This document shows positions 8,129 through 17,243 of a stretch of 39,556 nt of DNA, piece after piece. The notes beneath the pieces are model-generated. The model was given only the letters and a program-made list of their open reading frames with translations, did no database searches and was not told where the DNA came from. Numbering within the stretch: position 1 is the first letter of the stretch; each line of letters opens with the position of its first letter. Source of the DNA: a virus (lineage: Duplodnaviria > Caudoviricetes); IMG/VR virus record IMGVR_UViG_3300032257_000043, positions 1 through 39,556 of that record. The stretch is one strand, 5' to 3'. Both the position numbers and the translations under genes were made by a program.

Positions 8129-8544
8129 TGCCTGATATAAACACACCAGCAACATAATAAACCCTCTCATATCATCACTCATTAAGCCCTATCATATAAG
8201 CCAGCTATAACCCTCAATCATATAAGCACGTATAAGCCAGTAAATAATAAAGCCCTACTGATAACATCAATTAAATAAGATCGTTCAATATCGGGCAATA
8301 GGGAGAGCCTGTATATACCACGACAACACACCAGACAACCACACGCACCAGCAAGCAATCGAACAGGGGTATGTCTCTATCTATACCCAATGATCAATAG
8401 ATAAAACCTATCATATATAACTAATCATCTAATCTATTACAGGCAATCATTGCCATTAAATACCTACAATTAAATATTAATTATCGTGCCAAGTTTATTA
8501 AGACGATCATCTTAGTTAGTAAGCACTAACTTATAGGTGGCGTG

Positions 8545-8557
8545 TAAGTCATTGATT
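8545..8557 (-). promoter_or_regulatory. IHF-binding site
   Basis: Minus strand AATCAATGACTTA matches WATCAANNNNTTR. Confidence 0.7.
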
Positions 8558-8568
8558 TATATAACAAA

Positions 8569-8620
8569 AGGTACTTCCAAGAAAATAGGTGTCGTGGGTA
8601 ATTCGCGGCGCGATCTTTTT
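8569..8620 (+). other. candidate cos site (cosQ-like plus cosN-like)
   Basis: AGGTACT, 21 bp, then the 12-mer GGTAATTCGCGG flanked by TCGTG/CGCGA and a T-run; layout resembles lambda GGGTCCT..GGGCGGCGACCT CGCG; GpA-type terminase downstream. Confidence 0.65.
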
Positions 8621-8706
8621 CTAGTCATAGAAATTCTCAACCCTGTCTACTGGATCGATAGGCTTTCTCAATATAGGTGCAATGAAACATAGTGTATAAT
8701 CGCCTC

Positions 8707-9375
8707 ATGAGTGTACAAGTAAACATCAAGCATGATCTGGATAAACTAGCCAAAAACTTCAAGGCGGTTTATGAAAAGCAAATTCCATTTGTGCTGAGTT
8801 CAACAATGAACAAGTCAATGTTTGAGACTATGAAATATACGCGAAAGCAGTATGGTCGTTATCTCGACAATCCGGTTGCGTTTACGAGGCGAGGGGTGCT
8901 GGTAAATAAATCCACAAAGAAAAAATTACACGGACAGGTTTATATTCCGGCTGATCAGTGGAAATATTTAAAGTGGATGATTAAGGGCGGCACGAAAACA
9001 TGGAATCTGAGTCGGACCGGAATTATTGTTCCGACCAGTAATATGCGATTAAATAAGCATGGAAATATTGTTGGTAAAAAACGCAGGGCTGATTTATGGC
9101 GTTATGGTCATGCTTCGGCTAACAATGAATTTGTGGTTTTGCCTAAAAGTAAAAGCAAGTTACACCCCGGCGTTTATAAGCGTGGCAAATTCTCAAAGGG
9201 TCGGTCCAACAAAATACAGATGATTGCTACATTTGAAAGTACGGTCCGATACAAGAAAAAGCAGATGCCATTTGACCGGATCGTGATTAAGAATTTTAGC
9301 AAGGAATTTAAAATGCGATTACATAAAACTTTTCTTCGCGTTATCAAACAAGAAATGGCGAGGCGCAACAAATGA
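8707..9375 (+). CDS. tail completion protein, lambda gpZ-like
   Basis: Basic protein with KQIPFV..TMN..P.AFT pattern; ATG 8707 lies 6 nt after TATAAT. Confidence 0.55.
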   Translation: MSVQVNIKHDLDKLAKNFKAVYEKQIPFVLSSTMNKSMFETMKYTRKQYGRYLDNPVAFTRRGVLVNKSTKKKLHGQVYIPADQWKYLKWMIKGGTKTWNLSRTGIIVPTSNMRLNKHGNIVGKKRRADLWRYGHASANNEFVVLPKSKSKLHPGVYKRGKFSKGRSNKIQMIATFESTVRYKKKQMPFDRIVIKNFSKEFKMRLHKTFLRVIKQEMARRNK

Positions 9376-9956
9376 CAATGGTATCAATCACAGAGCTGGT
9401 TGCTCTGACAGGTGTTACAAATGTGACAGCAAGGAAGCGTTGTGCAAACGTCAAGTCACAGCATAGAGAGGGGACGACAAAAACGGTTGAGTTTGAAAGC
9501 ATCCCAGCACTAAGGGCTATCTTTGAATTAGACAAGGGAAACGATACCACGCTTGAAGAAGAAAAAATAAAATTAACATCGGCTCAGGCCGAAAAGGTTA
9601 ATCTCGAAGTCGAGGTATTGAAAGGCAATTTAATACCTGCCGATGAAATAGAAGAATTTTTGACTCGTACTTTTGGTGCATTTAAGGCTAGATGCTTGAG
9701 CATCCCAACAAAAGCAGCGCCCTCTGTTATTGGTGTTATTGAAGTATTGGAAGTGGAAGAAATAATTAAAGAGTATATACATGAGGCGCTTGCGGAGTTA
9801 AAAGATTATGAGCCAGAAAACCGCACTACAGAGGATATTAATAAAATCCGTAAAGACACTAGAGCCGCCGCCGAAACAGACAGTAAGCCAGTGGGCGGAC
9901 AGCAAAAGAAAACTAAGCAAAGAAGCAAGCGCAGAACCCGGACAGTGGAACACTGA
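9372..9956 (+). CDS. terS: terminase small subunit (Nu1-like)
   Basis: N-terminal HTH, EKIKLT.AQAEK..LE..KG.LI pattern; overlaps terL. Confidence 0.85.
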   Translation: MTMVSITELVALTGVTNVTARKRCANVKSQHREGTTKTVEFESIPALRAIFELDKGNDTTLEEEKIKLTSAQAEKVNLEVEVLKGNLIPADEIEEFLTRTFGAFKARCLSIPTKAAPSVIGVIEVLEVEEIIKEYIHEALAELKDYEPENRTTEDINKIRKDTRAAAETDSKPVGGQQKKTKQRSKRRTRTVEH

Positions 9957-11694
9957 CAGAGCGCCATACCAGCGCGGCATAATGGATTCGGTCAATGACC
10001 CGAAAATAAAAGAAGTAACATGGATGAGTTCTAGTCAGGTCGGCAAAACAGAAATGTTGCTGAACATTATTGGCTATTACATGGAATATGACGCTTCCCC
10101 AATGATGCTGTTGCAGCCAACATTACAAATGGCTGAGGCGTTTTCTAAGGATCGTGTTGCAACCATGCTCAGAGACACCCCGGCAATATCCAGTCTGGTT
10201 AAAGATGCCAGAGCGCGTGATTCTGGTAACACACTTTTACATAAAACTTTTCCCGGGGGTCATATCACAATGGCTGGCGCAAATAGCCCTGCCTCGTTAG
10301 CTTCAAGACCTATTCGTATATTCATGGCTGATGAAGTTGATCGTTATCCTATTTCTGCTGGGACAGAAGGCGACCCGATTAAGCTGACGGCAAAACGGAC
10401 AACGACATTCTGGAATAGAAAATTATTTTATGTCTCGACACCTACCGTAAAAGGTGAGAGCCGTATCGAAATGTCTTATGAAAATTCTGATCAGCGCCAT
10501 TATCATGTTCCCTGCCCTCACTGCGAAGAAAAAGCCCCGTTGAAGTGGTCACAAATTACATGGGATAAAGACAACGAAGGGAAACATTTACCTGAAACCG
10601 CTAAATATACATGCGAATCATGTGGCGCGTTATGGGATGACCATCAAAAAATACAGCAAATGAAAAAAGGTGGCGAGTGGATTGCTGAAAAAGAGTTTAA
10701 TGGCAAGGCTGGATTTCATCTAAACGAGCTCTATAGTCCGTGGGTTAAGTGGTCCGACACGGTTGCTGACTTTCTTGAATCGAAAAATGATCATGAATTA
10801 CTAAAAACATGGACCAATACAGCGCTTGGCGAGACTTTTGATGATGATCAAGGCGAATCTATTGATCCTCATGTCTTGTATGGTCGTAGAGAGGAATATG
10901 CCGCACAAGTGCCAATCCGGGCAGTTGTCCTGACAATGGGGGTCGATACTCAGGATGACAGGCTTGAATTAGAGGTTATTGGCTGGAATCGCAGCGAATC
11001 GTGGAATGTTGATTACCGTATTTTGCGCGGTGATCCGTCGCAGCCTCAAGTATGGGAAGAATTGGATGAAATTTTAGAGTCTACATATCTTCATGAATCT
11101 GGTACAATGCTGCATATTGCGGCCACTTGTATCGATTCTGGTGGTCATCACACACAAATGGTCTATGACTATTGCAAGCAGAGAAAGCATAAACGTGTAT
11201 TTGCAATCAAAGGGGTTGGTGGAGCTGGCAGACCTATTGTTTCAGCGCCTTCCGCAAAACAATCAGGCCGTAGCAAACGAAAAGTCGAGCTTTATACCGT
11301 TGGTGTTGATGATGCAAAATCTAATTTATATTTCCGACTCAATCAAACTTCTGCTGGTACAGGCTATTGTCATTTTCCAATGGAAAGGGATGAGGAATAT
11401 TTTGAACAGCTTACTTCTGAAAAAGTGGTCACTAAGCTTAAGCGCGGATTCCCTGTTCGAGAATGGGTTAAAGAGCGACCGCGCAATGAAGCACTTGATT
11501 GTCGTGTTTATGGCACTGCCGCTATCCATATCCTTAATCCCTTATGGTCCGCGTTAGAGAAACGACTAATGCCAGAAGAAGAAGTGAAAATCATAGAGCA
11601 GACACAGGCCGAGGCGGTTAAGTCTGAAATCAATGCAACCAGAAAAGTAAGAAGAAATCGTCCTAAGAAATCTGGCTTTGTGAGGAATTGGTAA
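9808..11694 (+). CDS. terL: terminase large subunit, lambda GpA family
   Basis: Walker A SSQVGKT, Walker B FMADEVD, STPT, CPHC/CESC, GVDTQDDR, RNEALDC. Confidence 0.97.
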   Translation: MSQKTALQRILIKSVKTLEPPPKQTVSQWADSKRKLSKEASAEPGQWNTDRAPYQRGIMDSVNDPKIKEVTWMSSSQVGKTEMLLNIIGYYMEYDASPMMLLQPTLQMAEAFSKDRVATMLRDTPAISSLVKDARARDSGNTLLHKTFPGGHITMAGANSPASLASRPIRIFMADEVDRYPISAGTEGDPIKLTAKRTTTFWNRKLFYVSTPTVKGESRIEMSYENSDQRHYHVPCPHCEEKAPLKWSQITWDKDNEGKHLPETAKYTCESCGALWDDHQKIQQMKKGGEWIAEKEFNGKAGFHLNELYSPWVKWSDTVADFLESKNDHELLKTWTNTALGETFDDDQGESIDPHVLYGRREEYAAQVPIRAVVLTMGVDTQDDRLELEVIGWNRSESWNVDYRILRGDPSQPQVWEELDEILESTYLHESGTMLHIAATCIDSGGHHTQMVYDYCKQRKHKRVFAIKGVGGAGRPIVSAPSAKQSGRSKRKVELYTVGVDDAKSNLYFRLNQTSAGTGYCHFPMERDEEYFEQLTSEKVVTKLKRGFPVREWVKERPRNEALDCRVYGTAAIHILNPLWSALEKRLMPEEEVKIIEQTQAEAVKSEINATRKVRRNRPKKSGFVRNW

Positions 11695-12254
11695 TGTCTA
11701 CAACGATAGCGACAACAGAGCCAAATAGTTTTATTGCTGGTAATACGGTCAAATGGACAAAATCGGTTTCTGATTATAAGCCAGAAGATTCATGGGTATT
11801 GAAGTATTATTTTGTTAAGACGGGCACACAGCTAACACTGACGGCAACCGATAACGGTGATTCAAAACATTTAATTACGCTAACCGCAGCTAATAGCGCG
11901 GATTGGCCCGCAGGCGAATATAAGTGGCAGGCGGTAGTCACTAAAACCACAGAGCGATATGTCGTTGATAGTGGTTCGCTAACAGTCGAGCCTGACTTTG
12001 CACAGCAGATATCAGGACATGACAGCCGCACGTATTGGGAAACAGTTTTAGAGAATGTTAAAGCTGTTTTAGAAGAAAGAGCGACCAAGGACCAATCAAG
12101 CTACACTATTCATGGTCGGCAGTTATCGAGAACACCTGTTGCTGATTTATTGTCTTTATACTCAAAGGCAGAGGGTGAAGTTGAAAAAGAAAAACGCGCA
12201 GAGGCTATTAAAAATGGTCTTGGTCATAGCGGCAAAATCTTAACGAGATTCTAA
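11694..12254 (+). CDS. head-tail joining protein with C-terminal gpW-like domain
   Basis: Between terL and portal; SYTIHGRQLSR gpW-like motif. Confidence 0.7.
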   Translation: MSTTIATTEPNSFIAGNTVKWTKSVSDYKPEDSWVLKYYFVKTGTQLTLTATDNGDSKHLITLTAANSADWPAGEYKWQAVVTKTTERYVVDSGSLTVEPDFAQQISGHDSRTYWETVLENVKAVLEERATKDQSSYTIHGRQLSRTPVADLLSLYSKAEGEVEKEKRAEAIKNGLGHSGKILTRF

Positions 12255-12255
12255 T

Positions 12256-13806
12256 ATGAGCAAAAAGAAGAGTTTTGCGCAGCGTGTAGTAGATAAAGCT
12301 TATTATGCTGTCAATGGAAAGCCAAAAACATTTAGACGATTTCCTCATGCCAAAAAACGGAATATGTTTGAAGGCGCTCAACAAACATCTATTACGCATA
12401 GCTGGACAACAACACCACAACCAATCAATGAGGTATTAAAGAAAAACCTCAAAACACTCAGGGCGCGTAGTCGTGAGCAGCAATTTAACAATGATTATGC
12501 GCGTCGATTCATTGGTATGTGCAAATCAAATGTTGTTGGTGATAAAGGCATTGTTTTACAGGCAAAATCAAAATCTAAAAATGGTGAGCTGGATGTAATG
12601 GCAAATCAAGCCATAGAAGCGGCCTATAAGGATTGGAGCAAGCCAGAAAACTGCGATGTTAAAGGTCGTTGTTCGCGTGAAGAAATGGAACGCTTATTTA
12701 TCTCTACCGTTGCAGGTGATGGCGAATGTATTGTTCGTATGATCTATGGTAAATCTGTTAGTAAGTATGGCTTTGCTTTGCAGTTCATTGATCCTGAATT
12801 ACTGGACGCTGACTTGAATGAGGATATTCGAGGATCGAGCAATAAAATAAAAATGGGTATCGAGGTCAATCAATACGATAAGCCTATTGCTTATTATTTT
12901 AAACAAACTGCTGGTGATTATTACTATAATGGCAAGCATTACACGCGAGTTCCAGCTAAAGATATTATTCACGGCTTTATCACTGAATACGTTGATCAAA
13001 TGCGCGGCATTCCGTGGATGAGTACAGCGCTGCTTCGATTAAACATGCTTGGCGGGTTTGAGAATGCTGCTTTAGTTAATGCGCGTGTTGGTGCATCTAA
13101 AATGGGTTTCTTTACCTCTGAATCAGGCGATGATTACAAAGGTGACGGAACAGAAAACGAAAACGGCACAGGCAATACTATTTCAGAATCAGAGCCGGGC
13201 ACGTTTGAGCAGTTACAAGCCGGAACAACTTTTACCGCTTTTGACCCTGCTTATCCCAACGGTGAGTACACATATTTCCTAAAAGGAATGCTCAGAGGTA
13301 TCGCTTCCGGTTTAGGCGCAAACTACAATACATTAGCCAATGACCTTGAAGGTGTAAACTATTCTTCCTTGCGAGAAGGCGCTATTAATGAGCGTGAAAT
13401 ATGGAAATTGTTGCAAAATTGGATGATAACGAGCTTTTCAAGTATAATTTATAATAAATGGCTTGAGCGTGTAATTCTTTCGCCCGGTATTCCGATAGGA
13501 AAAACCAGATTACAGCCTGAAATGATTGATAAATATCGTGATGTATATTTTCAGGGCAAACGCTGGCAGTGGGTTGACCCATTGAAAGAAATGAACGGAA
13601 ACCAAGCGGCGATTGATGCAAGAATCAAGAGTCGGTCACAAATTATCAGAGCGAATGGCGATGATCCTGATGAAGTGTGGCGTGAGATTGAACGTGAAAA
13701 CAAAATGCTGGAAGGAATGGGTATAAAGCCTGATTCAATGACAGCAGACGAGCCAGAGGAAAGTAAAGATGCCAAAGACGATAACGAAAAAGACGATAAA
13801 GAGTAA
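12256..13806 (+). CDS. portal protein, lambda family
   Basis: LRARSRE..NNDYA, QMRGIPW, VNYSSLR, WVDPLKE motifs. Confidence 0.95.
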   Translation: MSKKKSFAQRVVDKAYYAVNGKPKTFRRFPHAKKRNMFEGAQQTSITHSWTTTPQPINEVLKKNLKTLRARSREQQFNNDYARRFIGMCKSNVVGDKGIVLQAKSKSKNGELDVMANQAIEAAYKDWSKPENCDVKGRCSREEMERLFISTVAGDGECIVRMIYGKSVSKYGFALQFIDPELLDADLNEDIRGSSNKIKMGIEVNQYDKPIAYYFKQTAGDYYYNGKHYTRVPAKDIIHGFITEYVDQMRGIPWMSTALLRLNMLGGFENAALVNARVGASKMGFFTSESGDDYKGDGTENENGTGNTISESEPGTFEQLQAGTTFTAFDPAYPNGEYTYFLKGMLRGIASGLGANYNTLANDLEGVNYSSLREGAINEREIWKLLQNWMITSFSSIIYNKWLERVILSPGIPIGKTRLQPEMIDKYRDVYFQGKRWQWVDPLKEMNGNQAAIDARIKSRSQIIRANGDDPDEVWREIERENKMLEGMGIKPDSMTADEPEESKDAKDDNEKDDKE

Positions 13807-15604
13807 CGGTTTACTCTGTCGTACTCATACGATTGACCGGGCGCATATAAATGAAGACACCCGATCAGTTACGTTGTCTTTTAGCTCAGAAGCGCCAGTA
13901 GAAAGGCGCTTTGGACACGAAATATTAAATGAAGTGCTAGATCATAGCCGCGAGTCTGTTATTTTGGACAGAATCAGAGCTAATGGCCCTTTATTGAATG
14001 AACATGACCCAAAACAACATATTGGCGTTGTTGAGTCTGTTGATATTGGCGATGACCGTAGGGGTGTTGCTAATGTCCGGTTTAGTGAAACCGATGAGGC
14101 AGATAAAATATACCGACAAGTGCTTGAAGGGGTTAAAGCTAGTATTTCTGTAGGTTACAGGATATTAGACGGCGTAGTCGAGGAAACTAAAAAAGGTGGA
14201 TTAGATGTATTCAGGGCAACGAAATGGGTTGTTCATGAGATTTCCACAGTCAGTATGCCTGCCGATACCAGTGTTGGTGTAGGTCGTAGTGAATCGGAAT
14301 CCTTCGAGTTCGATATTGAAACAATTAAACAAGAGGCTAGAACAATGCCAGATGAAAATACACCAGTAGCAAAGCCTGAAAAAAAGGTTGATGTTGCTGC
14401 AATCGAAACGGGTGCGCGTGATACGGCTATTGCTGCTGAACGTGCGCGTACAAGTCGTATCACTAAAATTGGTGATAAATACAATGGCGCTGAATTAGCG
14501 CGTCAATTTGTTGAAAACGGCAAATCAGTTGATGAGTTTATGGACGCATTAGCAGAGCAGCGTGGCGACACCGAGAATGTTCAGACTCCTAATAAGCCTG
14601 TAACGCAAGTCGGTCTATCGGACAATGATACTCAGCGCTACTCACTGATGAGAGCATTAAACGCCTCTCTAACAGGTGACTGGAAGAATGCTGGCTTCGA
14701 GCGTGAATGCTCAATCGAAATCGAAGATAAGTTAGGGCGTGAAGCTCGCGGTTTCTTTGTTCCTTATGAAGTGCAATCTCGTACAATGAGTGTTGGTACT
14801 GATACTGCTGGCGGTTACATTGTGCAAACTGACGAAGGCGGCATGATTGATCTGTTACGCGCAAACACTGTGTTAGGTGCTGCGGGTGCAACTTTCTTAC
14901 CGGGTTTAGTTGGTGATGTTGCCATTCCTAAGCAAACAGGCGCTTCTACCTTCTACTGGTTAGGTGAAGATGAAGACGGCACTGATTCAGAGCCAACTGT
15001 AGGTCAGGTATTATTAATGCCTAAAACTTGCGCTGGCGCAGTTCCTATGACTCGTAAGCTGTTGAAGCAATCTAGCCCTTCTGTTGAAGCGCTGGTCCAG
15101 AATGACCTTAATCGAGGCATGGCGCTTGCTATTGATGTTGCTGGTTTTAATGGCACTGGTGTTGATGGGCAGCCTTTGGGTATCTTGAATACCACTGGTA
15201 TCTCGACTTCAACTATCGCCTCCGCTGGTGCGCCGACATGGATTGAAACAGTTGAGTTTGAAACTGATGTTGATACATCTAATGCTCTGATGGGTAATCT
15301 TAACTGGGTAACGACTCCTGCTGTAAAAGGCTCGATGAAAACCACAGCTAAAGACTCTGGTTCAGGCTTGTTTGTAGCTGATGGTAATACCGCAAATGGT
15401 TATGACATCTTAACCTCAACACAGATGCCGACTGCTGGTATTTTGTTTGGTGACTTCTCAAGCTGCATGATTGGTATGTGGGGCGTGATGGACGTTATGG
15501 CAGACACAGCAACTAAAGCTGCTTCTGGCGGTCTGGTGCTTCGTGTATTCCAAGACGTTGATGTTGGTGTTCGTCACATTGAATCATTCTGTAAGAATGC
15601 TTAA
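13769..15604 (+). CDS. prohead protease fused to HK97-fold major capsid protein
   Basis: FSSE.PV.R..EVLDH, LLNEHD, SISVGY, EISTVSMPAD protease motifs; then GGYIV, W.GE, G.G..QPLGILN, FGDFS capsid motifs. Confidence 0.92.
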   Translation: MPKTITKKTIKSNGLLCRTHTIDRAHINEDTRSVTLSFSSEAPVERRFGHEILNEVLDHSRESVILDRIRANGPLLNEHDPKQHIGVVESVDIGDDRRGVANVRFSETDEADKIYRQVLEGVKASISVGYRILDGVVEETKKGGLDVFRATKWVVHEISTVSMPADTSVGVGRSESESFEFDIETIKQEARTMPDENTPVAKPEKKVDVAAIETGARDTAIAAERARTSRITKIGDKYNGAELARQFVENGKSVDEFMDALAEQRGDTENVQTPNKPVTQVGLSDNDTQRYSLMRALNASLTGDWKNAGFERECSIEIEDKLGREARGFFVPYEVQSRTMSVGTDTAGGYIVQTDEGGMIDLLRANTVLGAAGATFLPGLVGDVAIPKQTGASTFYWLGEDEDGTDSEPTVGQVLLMPKTCAGAVPMTRKLLKQSSPSVEALVQNDLNRGMALAIDVAGFNGTGVDGQPLGILNTTGISTSTIASAGAPTWIETVEFETDVDTSNALMGNLNWVTTPAVKGSMKTTAKDSGSGLFVADGNTANGYDILTSTQMPTAGILFGDFSSCMIGMWGVMDVMADTATKAASGGLVLRVFQDVDVGVRHIESFCKNA

Positions 15605-15611
15605 ATAGGGT

Positions 15612-15631
15612 AGGGGGTGGTAACACCCCTT
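15612..15631 (+). other. GC-rich hairpin after the capsid gene
   Basis: GGGGTG-GTAA-CACCCC stem; no clear T-run. Confidence 0.4.
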
Positions 15632-15640
15632 ATTAGTGAT

Positions 15641-15973
15641 ATGCCAGAAATCGAAATTGAAATAACACGAACCACGGTCTGCAATGGTAAAACTGTTTAT
15701 GTTGGTGATGAAATCACTACTGATAAACGTCAAGCAGACTTATTAATCAAATCTGATAAGGCGAAAATTGCTGGTGTTACTTTAGCAAAACTGGAAGCGA
15801 GAGCTGAAAGAAAGTTAGAGGAAGCAGCCGAAGCGGAAGCCGTACTTCAAAAAGCACGAGATGAAGCTGTTAAAGAAGACCACAAAGCTAAGGAAGAAGC
15901 AGCAAAAGAAAAAGCCGAGGCTGATAAAAAAGCCAAAGCTAAAGCCAAATCAAACAAAGACAAAGAGGAATAA
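15641..15973 (+). CDS. small charged head-associated protein
   Basis: Follows capsid gene; K/E/A-rich tail; ATG 15641 preferred over GTG 15617. Confidence 0.55.
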   Translation: MPEIEIEITRTTVCNGKTVYVGDEITTDKRQADLLIKSDKAKIAGVTLAKLEARAERKLEEAAEAEAVLQKARDEAVKEDHKAKEEAAKEKAEADKKAKAKAKSNKDKEE

Positions 15974-15975
15974 TC

Positions 15976-16413
15976 ATGTCTATCATTAAAGACTTTGCAA
16001 ACAATCTGGACGATAATTTATCACTGGTGACACAAGTTGTTACTGCTGATGCGTTAAGTACAGTGCTTGATTTACAGCAATACACAAACGGTGCATTTTT
16101 GTTTTGTGTAGGCGACTCAGGCGACACCCTTTCTGGCTCGGTTTATATCGAGCTTGAAATTCAGGAGTCTGACGACGACTCAACTTATACAGCTTGTGCT
16201 GATGCCGATGTTAAAAATACTGTTACTGGTACAAATACTGGTACGGTTGCATTAATTAATGCGCCTGCGGAAGATCAGCTAACGGTTTGGGGTGAGTACA
16301 CTGGAACTAAGCGTTATATCAAAGCTAACGTGAACGTCAGCGGTACGCATACCAATGGTACGCCTATCGCTATTGTTGGCTTCCGCACCAATCCGGGTGA
16401 GCTGCCTGCATAA
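15976..16413 (+). CDS. capsid cement/decoration protein (Bbp16-like)
   Basis: LDL..IQESDD.STYT..KRYIK jelly-roll pattern; position. Confidence 0.6.
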   Translation: MSIIKDFANNLDDNLSLVTQVVTADALSTVLDLQQYTNGAFLFCVGDSGDTLSGSVYIELEIQESDDDSTYTACADADVKNTVTGTNTGTVALINAPAEDQLTVWGEYTGTKRYIKANVNVSGTHTNGTPIAIVGFRTNPGELPA

Positions 16414-16688
16414 TGGCTCTGGAAACTGATGCTGATAGACTTGGTATGTTGTCCGATTTTGGCGAGAATTATGTAGTCAATAATCGGACATATACCGGAA
16501 TATTCGACAATGAATATATTGAAGAATTAGGTATGTCAGGGTCAGTTCCCATTCTAAATTGCAGAACAAAAGATGTTGCCACAGTTGATCGTGGCGACTC
16601 TTTATATGTCAGGGATAGCAATTTCACTGTTAAGGAAAAGCAGCCTGACGCACTAGGTTTAACCATTCTTATCTTGCAGAAACAATGA
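16413..16688 (+). CDS. head-tail joining protein (gpFII-like)
   Basis: DFGE..GIFD..P..GD.L..F.V..PD..G.T.L.L pattern. Confidence 0.75.
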   Translation: MALETDADRLGMLSDFGENYVVNNRTYTGIFDNEYIEELGMSGSVPILNCRTKDVATVDRGDSLYVRDSNFTVKEKQPDALGLTILILQKQ

Positions 16689-17122
16689 CGCATAGAGCTG
16701 AAAACATCATGGATGCTGTCACAACGACAGTAAAAGGATTAACCACAACCGGCACAAGGGTTGAGCGTGGTCGTGTTTACTCTGTTGAAACAGCACCAGC
16801 TTTAACGGTAGAAATGGGTCAAGATTTTGTTGATAAAGATAGTTCAGATTTTGTTAATGCCAATCGGCAGCTAGTTGTTAAAATAACAGCGATTGTCAAA
16901 GCTAATTCAGAGCCGGATTCAACATTAAACACCATCAGAGAAGAAGTTTATAACGCATTAATAGCAGATAGAACATTAGGTGCTACTGCTGGTGTTATTG
17001 ATATATGGCTTGATTCTGATGATGAGCCAGAACTAAGCTCTGAGGCCGATCAAACGATTGCCAAGCAGCAGCTTAATTATGTGGTAAAATATCGACATTC
17101 ATATACTAATGCAGGGGCATAA
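16685..17122 (+). CDS. tail terminator (gpU-like)
   Basis: Acidic 145 aa with AL.AD.TLG and V.YR; precedes tail tube. Confidence 0.7.
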   Translation: MTHRAENIMDAVTTTVKGLTTTGTRVERGRVYSVETAPALTVEMGQDFVDKDSSDFVNANRQLVVKITAIVKANSEPDSTLNTIREEVYNALIADRTLGATAGVIDIWLDSDDEPELSSEADQTIAKQQLNYVVKYRHSYTNAGA

Positions 17123-17123
17123 G

Positions 17124-17243
17124 ATGGCCGACAACAAACGTGAGACTTTAATTCCAAGAGGCGAGCGAAAGAAAGAAAAGCCTGCTTCTGATAAACCTAA
17201 ACAAAAACCAGCAGAGGTAAAAGAAGATGCTGACAAGTCGTGA
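17124..17243 (+). CDS. 39-aa charged peptide (MADNKRETLIPRGERKKEKP...)
   Basis: Hand-translated; fills the gap, AGGGG RBS. Confidence 0.45.
   Translation: MADNKRETLIPRGERKKEKPASDKPKQKPAEVKEDADKS

Noticed and set aside
8477-8492. Functional sigma54 promoter
   Set aside because: The -24 element matches but the -12 position reads TTAA instead of TTGC, and no gene follows on that strand; kept only as a possible binding site
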